Source: Bdellovibrio sp. (GTDB lineage Bacteria > Bdellovibrionota > Bdellovibrionia > Bdellovibrionales > Bdellovibrionaceae). From it: a stretch of DNA of 47,936 nt. The DNA lies in assembly GCA_046318155.1 (NCBI GenBank), contig JBKCUU010000061.1, positions 1 through 47,936 on the forward strand. Direction: 5' to 3'. Below are positions 36,469 to 45,665 of the stretch, piece after piece. Numbering within the stretch: position 1 is the stretch's first letter; the number at the start of each line of letters is the position of its first letter. The notes beneath the pieces are model-generated. The model made no database searches. It saw nothing but the letters and a program-made list of their open reading frames with translations, and had not been told where the DNA came from. A program made the position numbers and the translations under genes.

Positions 36469-37217
36469 GGCAACAAATCGGAATCAATCTTCCCTTCAGC
36501 CTGACGATGAAAGTGCTCATCGGTTTGAACCTCGGGATGTGGCTTTTGGGTCAAGTGCTGCTTGAAAAGTACACGGGCCTGCCGGTTTCAAAAGCTTTGG
36601 CGCTGCATCCAGGAAAAGTCATTTTGGACGGCACCGCTTGGCAACTTGTGACTTACATGTTTTTGCATTCGATGCAGGTCACCCACCTGGTTCTGAACAT
36701 GCTCATGTTGTGGTTCATGGGGGCCGAGCTTGAGCAGAAGTGGGGCCGGAACTTCTTTTTGATTTACTATTTCGCCAGCGGCGTGGGTTCGGCGATTCTG
36801 TACACTGCCGGCGTGTGGGCCTATTACTGGGCAACGGGTTCTTCGATGGGTTTGGCGATCCCAGTGGTCGGGGCCTCGGGCGCAATTTTTGGATTGATGC
36901 TGGCCTACGGAATTTTGTTCGGCGAACGAACGATCCATTTCATGATGATCTTTCCGATGAAGGCCAAGTACTTCGTCATGATCTTGGCGGGCATTGAGAT
37001 CATGTCGATGCTCTCGAGCGGCACCGGCGGCGGTGAGGTCGCTCATCTGGCCCACTTGGGCGGCCTCGTTTCGGGGTACATTGCACTCTTGGTGCTGACG
37101 GTCTGGAGTCGCCGCCAGAAAACGGGCAAAACCAAGAAAAAAGGCACCCAGCTCCGCCTCGTCGTCGACAACGAATCCGACGCCAAATCCAAAAAAGACC
37201 CCCAATACTGGAATTAA
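36465..37217 (+). CDS. Rhomboid intramembrane serine protease
   Basis: WQLVTYMFLH, HLVLNM, VVGASGAIFG (Ser) and AHLAHLGG (His). Confidence 0.92.
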   Translation: MRQQIGINLPFSLTMKVLIGLNLGMWLLGQVLLEKYTGLPVSKALALHPGKVILDGTAWQLVTYMFLHSMQVTHLVLNMLMLWFMGAELEQKWGRNFFLIYYFASGVGSAILYTAGVWAYYWATGSSMGLAIPVVGASGAIFGLMLAYGILFGERTIHFMMIFPMKAKYFVMILAGIEIMSMLSSGTGGGEVAHLAHLGGLVSGYIALLVLTVWSRRQKTGKTKKKGTQLRLVVDNESDAKSKKDPQYWN

Positions 37218-37308
37218 AGGCGCACAGCTTGGGGCCATGGCCTTGACGGGTGGGGGTCGGTTCAGTTAAATCTGGTGGTCTGTTTCGCACTGCATGCCTG
37301 GAGGACTT

Positions 37309-37500
37309 ATGTCGCTTGATCAAGCTGTTAGAAAGCTCAAATTGGACTCTCGATTGGTTGAAATCTATTTGGCCAATGGCCAGCTCACAAAAGAAGAGTA
37401 CGAAACTTACCTGAAGACTTTACCTGATTGCTCAGCTCAATCAGCGCCAATCACTCTCGAGGATGATAAGCCTTCAACGGCCGATGTCCAAGCGCACTAG
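37309..37500 (+). CDS. Small hypothetical protein
   Basis: GGAGG RBS. 63 aa, LDSRLVE...GQLTKEEYETYLKTLPD. Confidence 0.7.
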   Translation: MSLDQAVRKLKLDSRLVEIYLANGQLTKEEYETYLKTLPDCSAQSAPITLEDDKPSTADVQAH

Positions 37501-37503
37501 TCT

Positions 37504-38514
37504 TTATTGCGTCGGCGGCGTTCCGATAACTTTTTCGGAAGCAGTCGTTCTTGGAGGAGGCGCTGCTATTTCGGTTGCCTGACCTTTGGTGTCTAAGCGG
37601 CCTCTCGGCGCCCAGTCTTCACGAATAATCTTAAACCCTGAGGTCGGCGAGTAAGCGGCGTGAATCGTCTTGATTCCGTAGTCTTTGTGTTGATCGGATT
37701 CGTATTCTTGAAGGGTGCGGATCACCACTTGCCCCCGGTTGCGAATGATCAAGGGCTCCGACAAGCTGACTTTGATAAACTTGTACTGAGATTTGAGCTT
37801 TTTCTTGTGGTTGTACCACTGCGAATAGTTCATCTGATTATTTTGAAAGGTCTCATCGTAAAACTTGATGTAGGTGTCAGCGTCTTGGGTTTCCCAAGCC
37901 TTGCGCCACTCTTCAAAAAACGTCAGGTACTTCTTTTGCTCGAGATCATAGTCTTCTTGCTTCAGATCTTCGACTTGATCATAAATCACGATGGGTGTTT
38001 CTTTGAGCCTCACAAACTGAGCTAATTTTTTAACGACGTCGTCACGAACAACAACGCAGCCTCGTGATCCCCGAGTGAGCGGAACCGTATCGGGAACGGC
38101 GTGGAGCCAAATGCCCGAGCCCCCTTTTTTATCACGCTGATCAAAGATGTTCGGATAGTCCGTCGTAAACGCGATCGAGCCATAAAGGCTAAACGGAATC
38201 TCGGGCGGCGTGCGTTTTTGCTGAAGAAAATAAATACCCACCGGAGTTTTGTAGTCATTCTCGCGTTCCTTATCGCCATTGTTTTTACCAATGTCAGAGG
38301 GAACTTCGAGAACCAAATGAGGGCGTTTATTTTGAAATTCATAAACGCGCAAAAAGCGGCGTGTTTTGTCCGCGACAAAAATAACGCGGCTGTGGTCTCC
38401 CAAAGACAAGAGACCAGACGGAAACGTCGGCGACTGGGCGTCCTTTAGAACACCATTTGCAAAGGCAGGCTGAGTGATCTTAAATAACAGTAATAGACAC
38501 AAGAGGTGCTTCAT
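37504..38514 (-). CDS. L,D-transpeptidase (YkuD) with C-terminal NTF2/SnoaL-like domain
   Basis: Signal peptide, GDKERENDYKTPVGIY, DYPNIFD, GSGIWLH and SRGCVV. C-terminal WRKAWETQDADTYIKFY...QEYES...FKIIRE. Confidence 0.88.
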   Translation of the reverse strand: MKHLLCLLLLFKITQPAFANGVLKDAQSPTFPSGLLSLGDHSRVIFVADKTRRFLRVYEFQNKRPHLVLEVPSDIGKNNGDKERENDYKTPVGIYFLQQKRTPPEIPFSLYGSIAFTTDYPNIFDQRDKKGGSGIWLHAVPDTVPLTRGSRGCVVVRDDVVKKLAQFVRLKETPIVIYDQVEDLKQEDYDLEQKKYLTFFEEWRKAWETQDADTYIKFYDETFQNNQMNYSQWYNHKKKLKSQYKFIKVSLSEPLIIRNRGQVVIRTLQEYESDQHKDYGIKTIHAAYSPTSGFKIIREDWAPRGRLDTKGQATEIAAPPPRTTASEKVIGTPPTQ

Positions 38515-38745
38515 TCGTCTCTCAAACTCCATGCTCGTTGGGAGCAACAACCTAGGTCTCCTATCGGAGCGCCGATCACCTAGCTGAACGAGACCTTGCA
38601 ACAAGATTTAAGTCACCGACAAAGGTCCTGTCTAAAGTATCGCCGTTTTTCGGAGAAATTTCACCTCATTAAGTTTCAATAATCAAGTCTCAATGTTCAA
38701 GCCCCCATCCATAAGGATGAGTGGTTTTGCTTCTGACTTTTTGCT

Positions 38746-38772
38746 TAAGGCTAAGGTCCAGATTGCCGATAG
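38746..38772 (+). promoter_or_regulatory. Sigma28 (FliA) promoter of fliL
   Basis: TAAG-N15-GCCGATAG, close to the consensus TAAA-N15-GCCGATAA, directly before a flagellar gene. Confidence 0.7.
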
Positions 38773-38780
38773 GTCCAGCA

Positions 38781-39347
38781 ATGGCACAAGAAGCTGAAGA
38801 AAAAAAAGAAAAGAAGGCGCTCCCGGTGATGTTGATTCTCCAGGGCGCATTTGCATTGATCAATCTCAGCATCGTGGGGGGCGGGGCTTACCTGGTTTAC
38901 GCCTCGACGTTGGGATGGCAGTCACCAAAGATGACTGAAGAGTCCCTGCGCGCGGAGCGAGCTCCAGCGTCGGTTGCGCCGGCAGCTGCCGAAGCTGGAG
39001 AAGGTCAGGCGCCCGTTGCTGCAGCCGTTGACGATATCCCAGCTCCTTTCTTGCACAAGCTGGATAAGTTTACGGTCAACCTGAACGGCGAACCCAAACG
39101 GGTCATTCGTCTTGAAGTGAGTCTCGAGATGCTGAACGAAGAGTCTTACGAAGAAGTGATGGACATTACACGCGTTCCAAAAATCCGCGACCGCGTCGTG
39201 ACAATCTTGAATGACAAATCGTTTCCAGACCTCGAAAGCATTCAAGGTAAATTATTTCTCAAGGATCGCATCACGTCCGAAATAAATGGCATTCTCGACA
39301 AAGGTGTCGTGAAAGACGTTTATTTCAGTGAGTTCGTTGTTCAGTAA
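38781..39347 (+). CDS. fliL: Flagellar basal-body-associated protein FliL
   Basis: N-terminal TM, LDKFTVNL, PKIRD, GKLFLKDRI, VKDVYFSEFVVQ. Confidence 0.92.
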   Translation: MAQEAEEKKEKKALPVMLILQGAFALINLSIVGGGAYLVYASTLGWQSPKMTEESLRAERAPASVAPAAAEAGEGQAPVAAAVDDIPAPFLHKLDKFTVNLNGEPKRVIRLEVSLEMLNEESYEEVMDITRVPKIRDRVVTILNDKSFPDLESIQGKLFLKDRITSEINGILDKGVVKDVYFSEFVVQ

Positions 39348-39398
39348 GCCCCTTGCCTTTCAACGGCGCAGTCTCCACAATTGTTCAGTGGAGGCTGC

Positions 39399-40748
39399 AT
39401 GCTGCGCAAATCACTTCTCGCTGGATTTCTTCTTCTTTCGACCTCGGTATTGGCGGACGATCTTAAAATCCGCTTCCCCGTCGAGAAATACACTCTTGCA
39501 AATGGCTTAACGGTTCTTTTGCACGAAGATCACACGGTCCCTATGGTGAGCTATCACACTTGGTACCGCGTGGGTTCGCGTGATGAACAAGTCGGTACCA
39601 CCGGCGCTGCACATATGCTTGAGCACATGATGTTTAAGGGTGCCAAAAAATACTCGGGCAAAGAGTTTGACCATATTCTGCACGCCAACGGAATTACGAA
39701 CAATGCTTTCACGTCGTGGGATTACACGGGGTTCTACGAGAACCTGCCCTCAAGTAAGCTTGAGCTCATCATGGATATGGAAGTCGACCGCATGCGCTTT
39801 TTGGCGCTCAATCCTGATGATCTCAAGTCCGAACTTCAGGTTGTCGCTGAGGAGCGCCGCTGGCGAGTTGACAATAATCCGATGGGCCTACTGCGCGAAG
39901 CTTTATTTGGAGTCGCTTTTACGAAAAGTCCTTATCGCTGGCCCGTTATTGGATACATGAGCGATATCCAGGCGTACACGACTGAAAAGCTAAAATACTT
40001 TTATGATAAATACTATGTTCCCAATAATGCAGTTCTCGTGATCGCAGGTGATTTTGAGACGGCCAAAGTTAAAAAAATGATCGAAAAGTACTATGGTGTT
40101 TTAAAAGAGAGTCCTCTTGCAGAGCGCACGTATGCTCAAGATCCGCTTCCGACAAAACCTGTTCGTAAAGTGGTCGAATCTGAAGTTCAAACCTCAACGG
40201 CGATGCTTGCTTACCCAGGCGTCGCGTCGGGACATATCGATTCCTACGCTCTGGATCTTCTTGCCAGCATCTTGGGTGCTGGAAGCTCGAGTCGTCTTTA
40301 CAAGAAGCTGGTGTACCAAGATCAAATCGCAACGTCGGCGGTTTCGTACAATATGACCAACGCGGCCTCGGGTCTCTTTACCCTTTCAGTCGGGCTGAAG
40401 CCCGGTCAAAATGAAGCTAATGCCGAGCGCTTGATGAAGGCTGAAGTCAAACGACTACTCGCTTCTGCAGTCACCCAAAAAGAACTCGAGAAATCCAAAG
40501 CTCAGTTGATGAAAGATTTTGTCGACGGACTGATGACCATCGATGGTAAGGCGCAAGCCTTAGCCTTAAACGAAATTCTTTTTGGCACTTACGACAAGTT
40601 ATTCACTGATCTAGAAAAATACAAGGCCGTCACGCTTCAAGATATTCAAAGGGTCGCAAAAGATTACCTAAAACCTGAGCGCGAGATCGTCGTTGTGTTA
40701 AAACCGAAGTCGGCCAAAGTGTCTGCGATTCAAGGAGCTGGACAATGA
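39399..40748 (+). CDS. M16B (pitrilysin-family) zinc peptidase, catalytic subunit
   Basis: LANGLTV, VGSRDE, GAAHMLEHMMFKG (HxxEH), NAFTS, EERRWR, YYVPNNA. Confidence 0.93.
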   Translation: MLRKSLLAGFLLLSTSVLADDLKIRFPVEKYTLANGLTVLLHEDHTVPMVSYHTWYRVGSRDEQVGTTGAAHMLEHMMFKGAKKYSGKEFDHILHANGITNNAFTSWDYTGFYENLPSSKLELIMDMEVDRMRFLALNPDDLKSELQVVAEERRWRVDNNPMGLLREALFGVAFTKSPYRWPVIGYMSDIQAYTTEKLKYFYDKYYVPNNAVLVIAGDFETAKVKKMIEKYYGVLKESPLAERTYAQDPLPTKPVRKVVESEVQTSTAMLAYPGVASGHIDSYALDLLASILGAGSSSRLYKKLVYQDQIATSAVSYNMTNAASGLFTLSVGLKPGQNEANAERLMKAEVKRLLASAVTQKELEKSKAQLMKDFVDGLMTIDGKAQALALNEILFGTYDKLFTDLEKYKAVTLQDIQRVAKDYLKPEREIVVVLKPKSAKVSAIQGAGQ

Positions 40749-42130
40749 TTAAATTGATGCAAAATGTTTTGGTCTTTTTGTCCGCAACTTCGCTCTTGGC
40801 TTGCGGAACGGGCTCCATTCGTACGAGCAAGGGCGGTTTTGCACTCCGTCCTTTTCAAGAAGAAACCTTGCCCAATGGCTTGCGAGTCATCTGGCTTACG
40901 GACCAATCGCTTCCGCGTATTTCGTACAACCTCATGGTTCAAGTGGGATCACTGAATGAGTCCAAAGGACAAGAGGGCATCACGTCAATGACGACCGCGA
41001 TGCTTGATCAGGGCACCGTCAAACGCAAAGCCCCGCAAATTGCTGAGGATCTTGCGCAGATTGGTGCGGACTTCTCCTACGTGACTGGCTATGACCAAAC
41101 TGTCGTTAATGCCTCAGGTTTATCTGCGACCAAAGAAGACGTGCTCAAGATTTTCTCGGAAATTATTTTGACGCCCGCATTTCAAAACAATGAAATCGAG
41201 CGCCGCAGGTCGGTTATCATCGCTTCAATGCAAAAAAACAAAGATCAACCCTCGTATATCGCCGACGAAACTTTGGACACGCAAGTGTTTGGTGCTCACC
41301 CGTATGCGCACCCGATTATCGGGACGACAGCTTCAGTACGAAATCTCAAACGCAAGGATTTGCTTCGCCACTACTTTGCCTACTTTCGCCCGAACAACTC
41401 GATCCTGACGGTTGTCGGTCAGTATGATGAGTCTTTTAAGGCCCATGTTCGTAAAGCTTTTGAGGCTTGGACTTCAGCAGAACTGCGCCCTTTGAATATT
41501 GCCAAGGCTGATTTAAAGCCCCGCGAAGTTTTTCTTGTGAGCAAGGCGGGTCTCCAGCAAACGCAGATTCGCTGGGGGCACGTCGGTATCAACCGCAAGG
41601 ATCCTGACTTTATGGCTCTTCGGCTTGCCAATGTGATTTTGGGGGGCGCTTTTGCCAGCCGCTTGAATCAAAAAATTCGGGATGACTTAGGATTAACCTA
41701 TTCGATCTCATCTGGATCCGAGGCCAGGCTCGAGCCCGGCAGTTTTGAAGTTTCAACGTTCACACGGCACGACAAAGCGGTGACAACGGTACTTGAGACC
41801 GAAAAACTTCTTAAAGAATTTGTTGATAAAGGCATCAAGGAAGAAGAGTTGCAAGCGGCCAAGGCCCTTTTGATCGGGCAATTTCCGGCGGCTCTCGAGA
41901 CCGCTGATCGGACGGCCTCAAATCTCATGGTGCTTCGTCGATACGGCATCTCGGATGATTACTTGCGATTCTTTCAGCAAAACGTTCAGGACGTGACGCT
42001 TCAGGAGGTCAATGCGGCGATTCGAAAGCATCTTCACCCCGACAAACTGCAACTCGTGATCTACTCGGATGAAAAGGCGCTCGCTGTCGATCTGCCAAAG
42101 CTTGGTTTGGTTCGCAAGAAAAGCCTCTAA
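40745..42130 (+). CDS. M16B peptidase partner subunit (non-catalytic, lipoprotein)
   Basis: Lipobox LLAC, LPNGLRV, no HxxEH, ILGGAFASRL..IRDDLGLTY (R/Y pair). ATGA-coupled. Confidence 0.88.
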   Translation: MIKLMQNVLVFLSATSLLACGTGSIRTSKGGFALRPFQEETLPNGLRVIWLTDQSLPRISYNLMVQVGSLNESKGQEGITSMTTAMLDQGTVKRKAPQIAEDLAQIGADFSYVTGYDQTVVNASGLSATKEDVLKIFSEIILTPAFQNNEIERRRSVIIASMQKNKDQPSYIADETLDTQVFGAHPYAHPIIGTTASVRNLKRKDLLRHYFAYFRPNNSILTVVGQYDESFKAHVRKAFEAWTSAELRPLNIAKADLKPREVFLVSKAGLQQTQIRWGHVGINRKDPDFMALRLANVILGGAFASRLNQKIRDDLGLTYSISSGSEARLEPGSFEVSTFTRHDKAVTTVLETEKLLKEFVDKGIKEEELQAAKALLIGQFPAALETADRTASNLMVLRRYGISDDYLRFFQQNVQDVTLQEVNAAIRKHLHPDKLQLVIYSDEKALAVDLPKLGLVRKKSL

Positions 42131-42138
42131 GGAGAAGA

Positions 42139-42519
42139 ATGGCGACTCGAAATCAAAAAACAGCCGCGGTTCTGGTTGTGATTGGCATGGCCATGGGATC
42201 GCTTTGCGTTTACATCAATCCCGCATTTCTGCGTGAACGTGGGCTTCCTGCGGCCGCGCGCGGTCTGCCAGCGGAGCCTGGTCCGGGATCGGCCGAGTTT
42301 GACCGCCGAATACAAGAGCAATTTCAGGCGGGCATGACAGAGGGTCAGCTGCTCAACACCCTCTCGATCGAAGGTTACGAGATCCGCCGCGAAGACAAGA
42401 TGGCGCTACTTCAGCGACGAGCGGTGCCATGTCAATACACGTGGGTCGTGATCTGGGGAACGGGCGCGCAGGATGTTGTGACGAACATCAAAGGAACGCA
42501 CGGACAAATCTGTCCCTAG
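42139..42519 (+). CDS. Hypothetical membrane-anchored protein
   Basis: AGGAG RBS, N-terminal hydrophobic segment, C-terminal Cys pair. Confidence 0.6.
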   Translation: MATRNQKTAAVLVVIGMAMGSLCVYINPAFLRERGLPAAARGLPAEPGPGSAEFDRRIQEQFQAGMTEGQLLNTLSIEGYEIRREDKMALLQRRAVPCQYTWVVIWGTGAQDVVTNIKGTHGQICP

Positions 42520-42569
42520 AAACCAGGTCTGTTCAAGAATCAACGGATTGCTCAAGAACGCTGGGGCGC

Positions 42570-43298
42570 TTAGCCCCGGCGTGATTTCAAGAAAATGTAG
42601 ATGCCGACCGCAGCCAAGATGGCAGCTAAGCCTAAGAGCATGGTTTTTGTTTTACCAAGCCCACCGCCGCCCCCCGCGCCGTCGCCATCCATCCCCAGCA
42701 TATCACCAGGAAAAGCTGCGCCGATGGGTCCACCCAGTGTTTCGCCGCTGGGACGAATGGGTCCCATCTCGGGTTTCGCGAGTAAGTTTTTAGTTGCGAT
42801 CACACGCAAGCTCATCACGGCCTTAAAGAAGTCTTGGGAGTATTTGGTGTAGTGATCCTTGTGGGCCGAGAATGTCACAAGAATCGCGATGCGATCTTTG
42901 ATCGAGGCCAAGTACCGAGTGTAGTAATTGGGGACTTCAGAAGCGAGGTGCAGGCCATCCACCCATTGGTGGTCGTTGATCTGAACTTTTTTTGGTGGGT
43001 AAATGATGCGGGAAACGCCCGTGCCCGCACCTTTATAGGCCACCTGTTGAGCCGAATTCAAGTGGCTTGTGTAGGCTTCAAAGGTGTCAGTGGGGCCCAC
43101 TTCTTTGGCGGTGAGGATGATGATCGCCTCCCTGCTCTCTTTGTCGTTTTGGCTGCGGCAAACCCATTCGGTATGCTCGAGGTTGCAGTTCCAGGTATCG
43201 GGCAATTCAAAGGCGACGTAGGCATTGCGGAAGACTTTTGCCTCTGCGTTCCAAGACAAGAGCAGGGTAGCTAAAATCAAAAGAAGAAATCGAGGCAT
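42570..43298 (-). CDS. Hypothetical exported protein with Gly linker and C-terminal membrane anchor
   Basis: Signal peptide ending AEA-K, globular domain, GDGAGGGGGLG linker, C-terminal TM plus basic tail. Confidence 0.7.
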   Translation of the reverse strand: MPRFLLLILATLLLSWNAEAKVFRNAYVAFELPDTWNCNLEHTEWVCRSQNDKESREAIIILTAKEVGPTDTFEAYTSHLNSAQQVAYKGAGTGVSRIIYPPKKVQINDHQWVDGLHLASEVPNYYTRYLASIKDRIAILVTFSAHKDHYTKYSQDFFKAVMSLRVIATKNLLAKPEMGPIRPSGETLGGPIGAAFPGDMLGMDGDGAGGGGGLGKTKTMLLGLAAILAAVGIYIFLKSRRG

Positions 43299-43402
43299 GT
43301 CGGAATCCTTTCCAAGCGTATAAAGGGCTAGCTGTTGCAAAGCTTCACCAACTGAAACATGATAGGTGAAAATCCGGCCAATTCAAAGGAGGAAATCCAC
43401 CT

Positions 43403-44308
43403 ATGCTCAACCTTTATCAGCTCCAATCCTTTGTGACCGTCATCAGCGAAGGCAGTATGACTGGCGCTGCCGATAAACTTTATTTAACTCAGCCTGCGAT
43501 CAGCCAACAAATTCGCAATCTCGAAGAAGATTTAGGCGTTGATCTCTTGGTACGAGGTGTGCGTCAGATTAAACCCACTCTTCAAGGTGAGGTTCTTTTT
43601 GATTATGCAAAACGCATTTTGCAATTGGGCCAGCAAGCAGAAGTGGCCGTTAAAGCAATGGGTGCCGAGCTCAAGGGTCAACTGCGCATTGGCACTCTGA
43701 ATTCATTGGGCGTTCACCTGATTAGCCCGATCGTGAGTCGACTTTTGAAATACAATCCGAAGTTGTCCATCAAAATCGATTATGACGACGGCGAAGAGCT
43801 CGTGAAAGCATTCAAGCGCGGTGAGCTTGATGCGGTCATCTTGCCTGAGGTCGAGGCCCAGTACTCGGCCTCTCTGGGCGACGTCGAGAAAAAGTTTTTG
43901 ATGAACGAAGAGCTTTGGCTGGTCGGTTCAGGTAAAGAGACCGATATGCCCAAGCAGATGTCTTTGGCCGATTTAGCCAAATATCCCATGATCACTTTCT
44001 CGCGTGAGCTTCCTGAATTCAATCGATCGCTCAATGAAGCACTCCAAAAATTGGGCGTCCAACTTGAGCCCGTCTTTGAGTCGCCCAACGTCGGAACGCT
44101 CAAGCGCGTGATCGAGTCCGGTTTAGGCTGGGGCTTCTTACCCGCTTCCTCAATTCGCAAGCAAGTTCGCATGGGCCGTATGACTCATGTAAATCTAAAA
44201 GACTTCAGTTACGATATCGGCTTTTATTTTTACTCAAAAAAAGCCCCCGAAAACAAAGCCATCATTGATGTCTTTTTCTTGGCCTTGCAGCAGCAGGAGC
44301 GGGCTTAA
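43403..44308 (+). CDS. LysR-family transcriptional regulator
   Basis: GSMTGAADKLYLTQPAISQQIRNLEEDLGVDL, LRIG, ESGLGWGFLP. Confidence 0.95.
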   Translation: MLNLYQLQSFVTVISEGSMTGAADKLYLTQPAISQQIRNLEEDLGVDLLVRGVRQIKPTLQGEVLFDYAKRILQLGQQAEVAVKAMGAELKGQLRIGTLNSLGVHLISPIVSRLLKYNPKLSIKIDYDDGEELVKAFKRGELDAVILPEVEAQYSASLGDVEKKFLMNEELWLVGSGKETDMPKQMSLADLAKYPMITFSRELPEFNRSLNEALQKLGVQLEPVFESPNVGTLKRVIESGLGWGFLPASSIRKQVRMGRMTHVNLKDFSYDIGFYFYSKKAPENKAIIDVFFLALQQQERA

Positions 44309-44898
44309 TGATCAGACTGCTTTTGCTCTTATCGATGGGGCTTGGGCTCTCGGGTTGTGCCAGCCAGCTCTCGAGCTTCTTGGGTTTTGGTGCGCCGGTT
44401 TCGAGTCAGCGTTGCCGGGCCATGGATCTTGAGAAAATGGGTCTCGAGGATGGGCGCACGGGCCAGCGGCCGGGCGAAAAATACGACTTTTGGATCAAAG
44501 ATTGCCGTATCGCGGGCGTGCCGCTGGATCGTGCTCTTTATGACAAAGGGTACGCTGAGGGGATAAAGTCCTACTGCAGCTGCGAAGCGGGATTTGCGGC
44601 TGGCGTGCGCGACGAGTACACTGAGATCAAAGGGCAGTTTTTCAATTGCCCCAAAGTCGACTACGCCGTCTACATGCAAGGCCACGAGGCCGGCAAAAAA
44701 TATGTGAACGATCCAACCATGATGAAAAAGGTCAATCACTACAAGAATGACTACTTTGATGATGTGATCACACCGAAAGCAGCTCTCGAGTGCAAAGCTT
44801 TAGCTGAAGCCAAGGCCGCAGTCCCGGCTCCGGCTCAGGCTGATGACAAAAAGGCAAGCGGAACCAAAGAAGAGCCCGCTAAAAGCAAGAGCCCTTGA
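44308..44898 (+). CDS. DUF2799-like lipoprotein
   Basis: Lipobox LSGC, C...GLEDGRTG, YDKGYAEGIKSYC, GFAAG, YMQGHEAG. Confidence 0.7.
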   Translation: MIRLLLLLSMGLGLSGCASQLSSFLGFGAPVSSQRCRAMDLEKMGLEDGRTGQRPGEKYDFWIKDCRIAGVPLDRALYDKGYAEGIKSYCSCEAGFAAGVRDEYTEIKGQFFNCPKVDYAVYMQGHEAGKKYVNDPTMMKKVNHYKNDYFDDVITPKAALECKALAEAKAAVPAPAQADDKKASGTKEEPAKSKSP

Positions 44899-45374
44899 GT
44901 TTGATTAAAGTACCGAGCCTTAAGGCCCACGCCAAATTGCAACCAACTTTGATTTTGAGGCAAGACCGCTGTGAGCGGCCGGCATTTCCATAAGCCCACC
45001 GATTTTTTGGTAGGCTTGGCTTGTCCCTTTTCGCGCTCTAAAATTTTGCGAGCCAGAATTCCGGCCGATGATCTGAGAAAAGCCGCCAGTTGCTCGCGCC
45101 GTTTGGCTCGAACTTCGAGATGAATCTCGCGAGGTTGCAGACGCAATCCTAAAAACTGAATTCGGTGGAGCCGTGCTTGTCGCTTGAGAACGGCGGTCAG
45201 CATTTTTTTTGATCGCTGGTGCAAAAATGAAGTTTGACCGGGTTGATGCCCGGCGAGCAAGCTGACGTGAAGTCTGCGTCCGCGAACAAAAGGGCGGGGC
45301 CCTCGTGCATGCGAACGGCCCAGTAGAAATCCACCAAATGCGAGCTTTGCATGGGATGCTTTATCCCGAATCAT
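44835..45374 (-). CDS. Degenerate RAYT/IS200-like Y1 (HUH) transposase-domain protein
   Basis: FGGFLL..SHARGPRP...LHVSL, REIHLEV (HUH with the first His as Glu), FLRSSAGILARKI, LWKCRPLT and ARYFNQ (candidate catalytic Tyr). Start uncertain (45374 or 45440). Confidence 0.55.
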   Translation of the reverse strand: MIRDKASHAKLAFGGFLLGRSHARGPRPFVRGRRLHVSLLAGHQPGQTSFLHQRSKKMLTAVLKRQARLHRIQFLGLRLQPREIHLEVRAKRREQLAAFLRSSAGILARKILEREKGQAKPTKKSVGLWKCRPLTAVLPQNQSWLQFGVGLKARYFNQTQGLLLLAGSSLVPLAFLSSA

Positions 45375-45531
45375 AAACAAAATCCTTAATGCCGTTTGCG
45401 AGGGCCCGTCAGAGTTAACGCTTGGACCGCCTATGGTCAAATTATCTTGAGCGATGTCATTTTATTTCATGACAGGTTGCGCGAGCGTGTTAGAAAAACC
45501 TCGACCTCGGTCGACAATTCACGGCATCATT

Positions 45532-45655
45532 GTTGATGAGGGGAGCGGGCGACTATTCGAAGGAATGAAGAGTCGTAACAGGCAGAGACTCCCCAGCCCA
45601 GGAACACCGCAGGAGGACAACCCTTGGTGACCAGCTGCTCCCTCAACTTTTCTTT
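45532..45655 (+). ncRNA. Candidate structured small RNA
   Basis: Closing stem GAGGGGAGCGG/CTGCTCCCTC, inner stem CGACT/AGTCG, several AGGA motifs, T-rich tail. Upstream extended -10-like TGTTAGAAA. Confidence 0.35.
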
Positions 45656-45665
45656 GTATTGCCGC

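Noticed and set aside
45480..45660. c-di-GMP riboswitch, 6S RNA or SRP RNA
   Set aside because: The c-di-GMP-I GCAAAC/GAAA/GACGCAAAG elements, the SRP GGAAGGAAGCAGC motif and the long 6S-type duplex are not visible. Kept only as an unassigned candidate sRNA.
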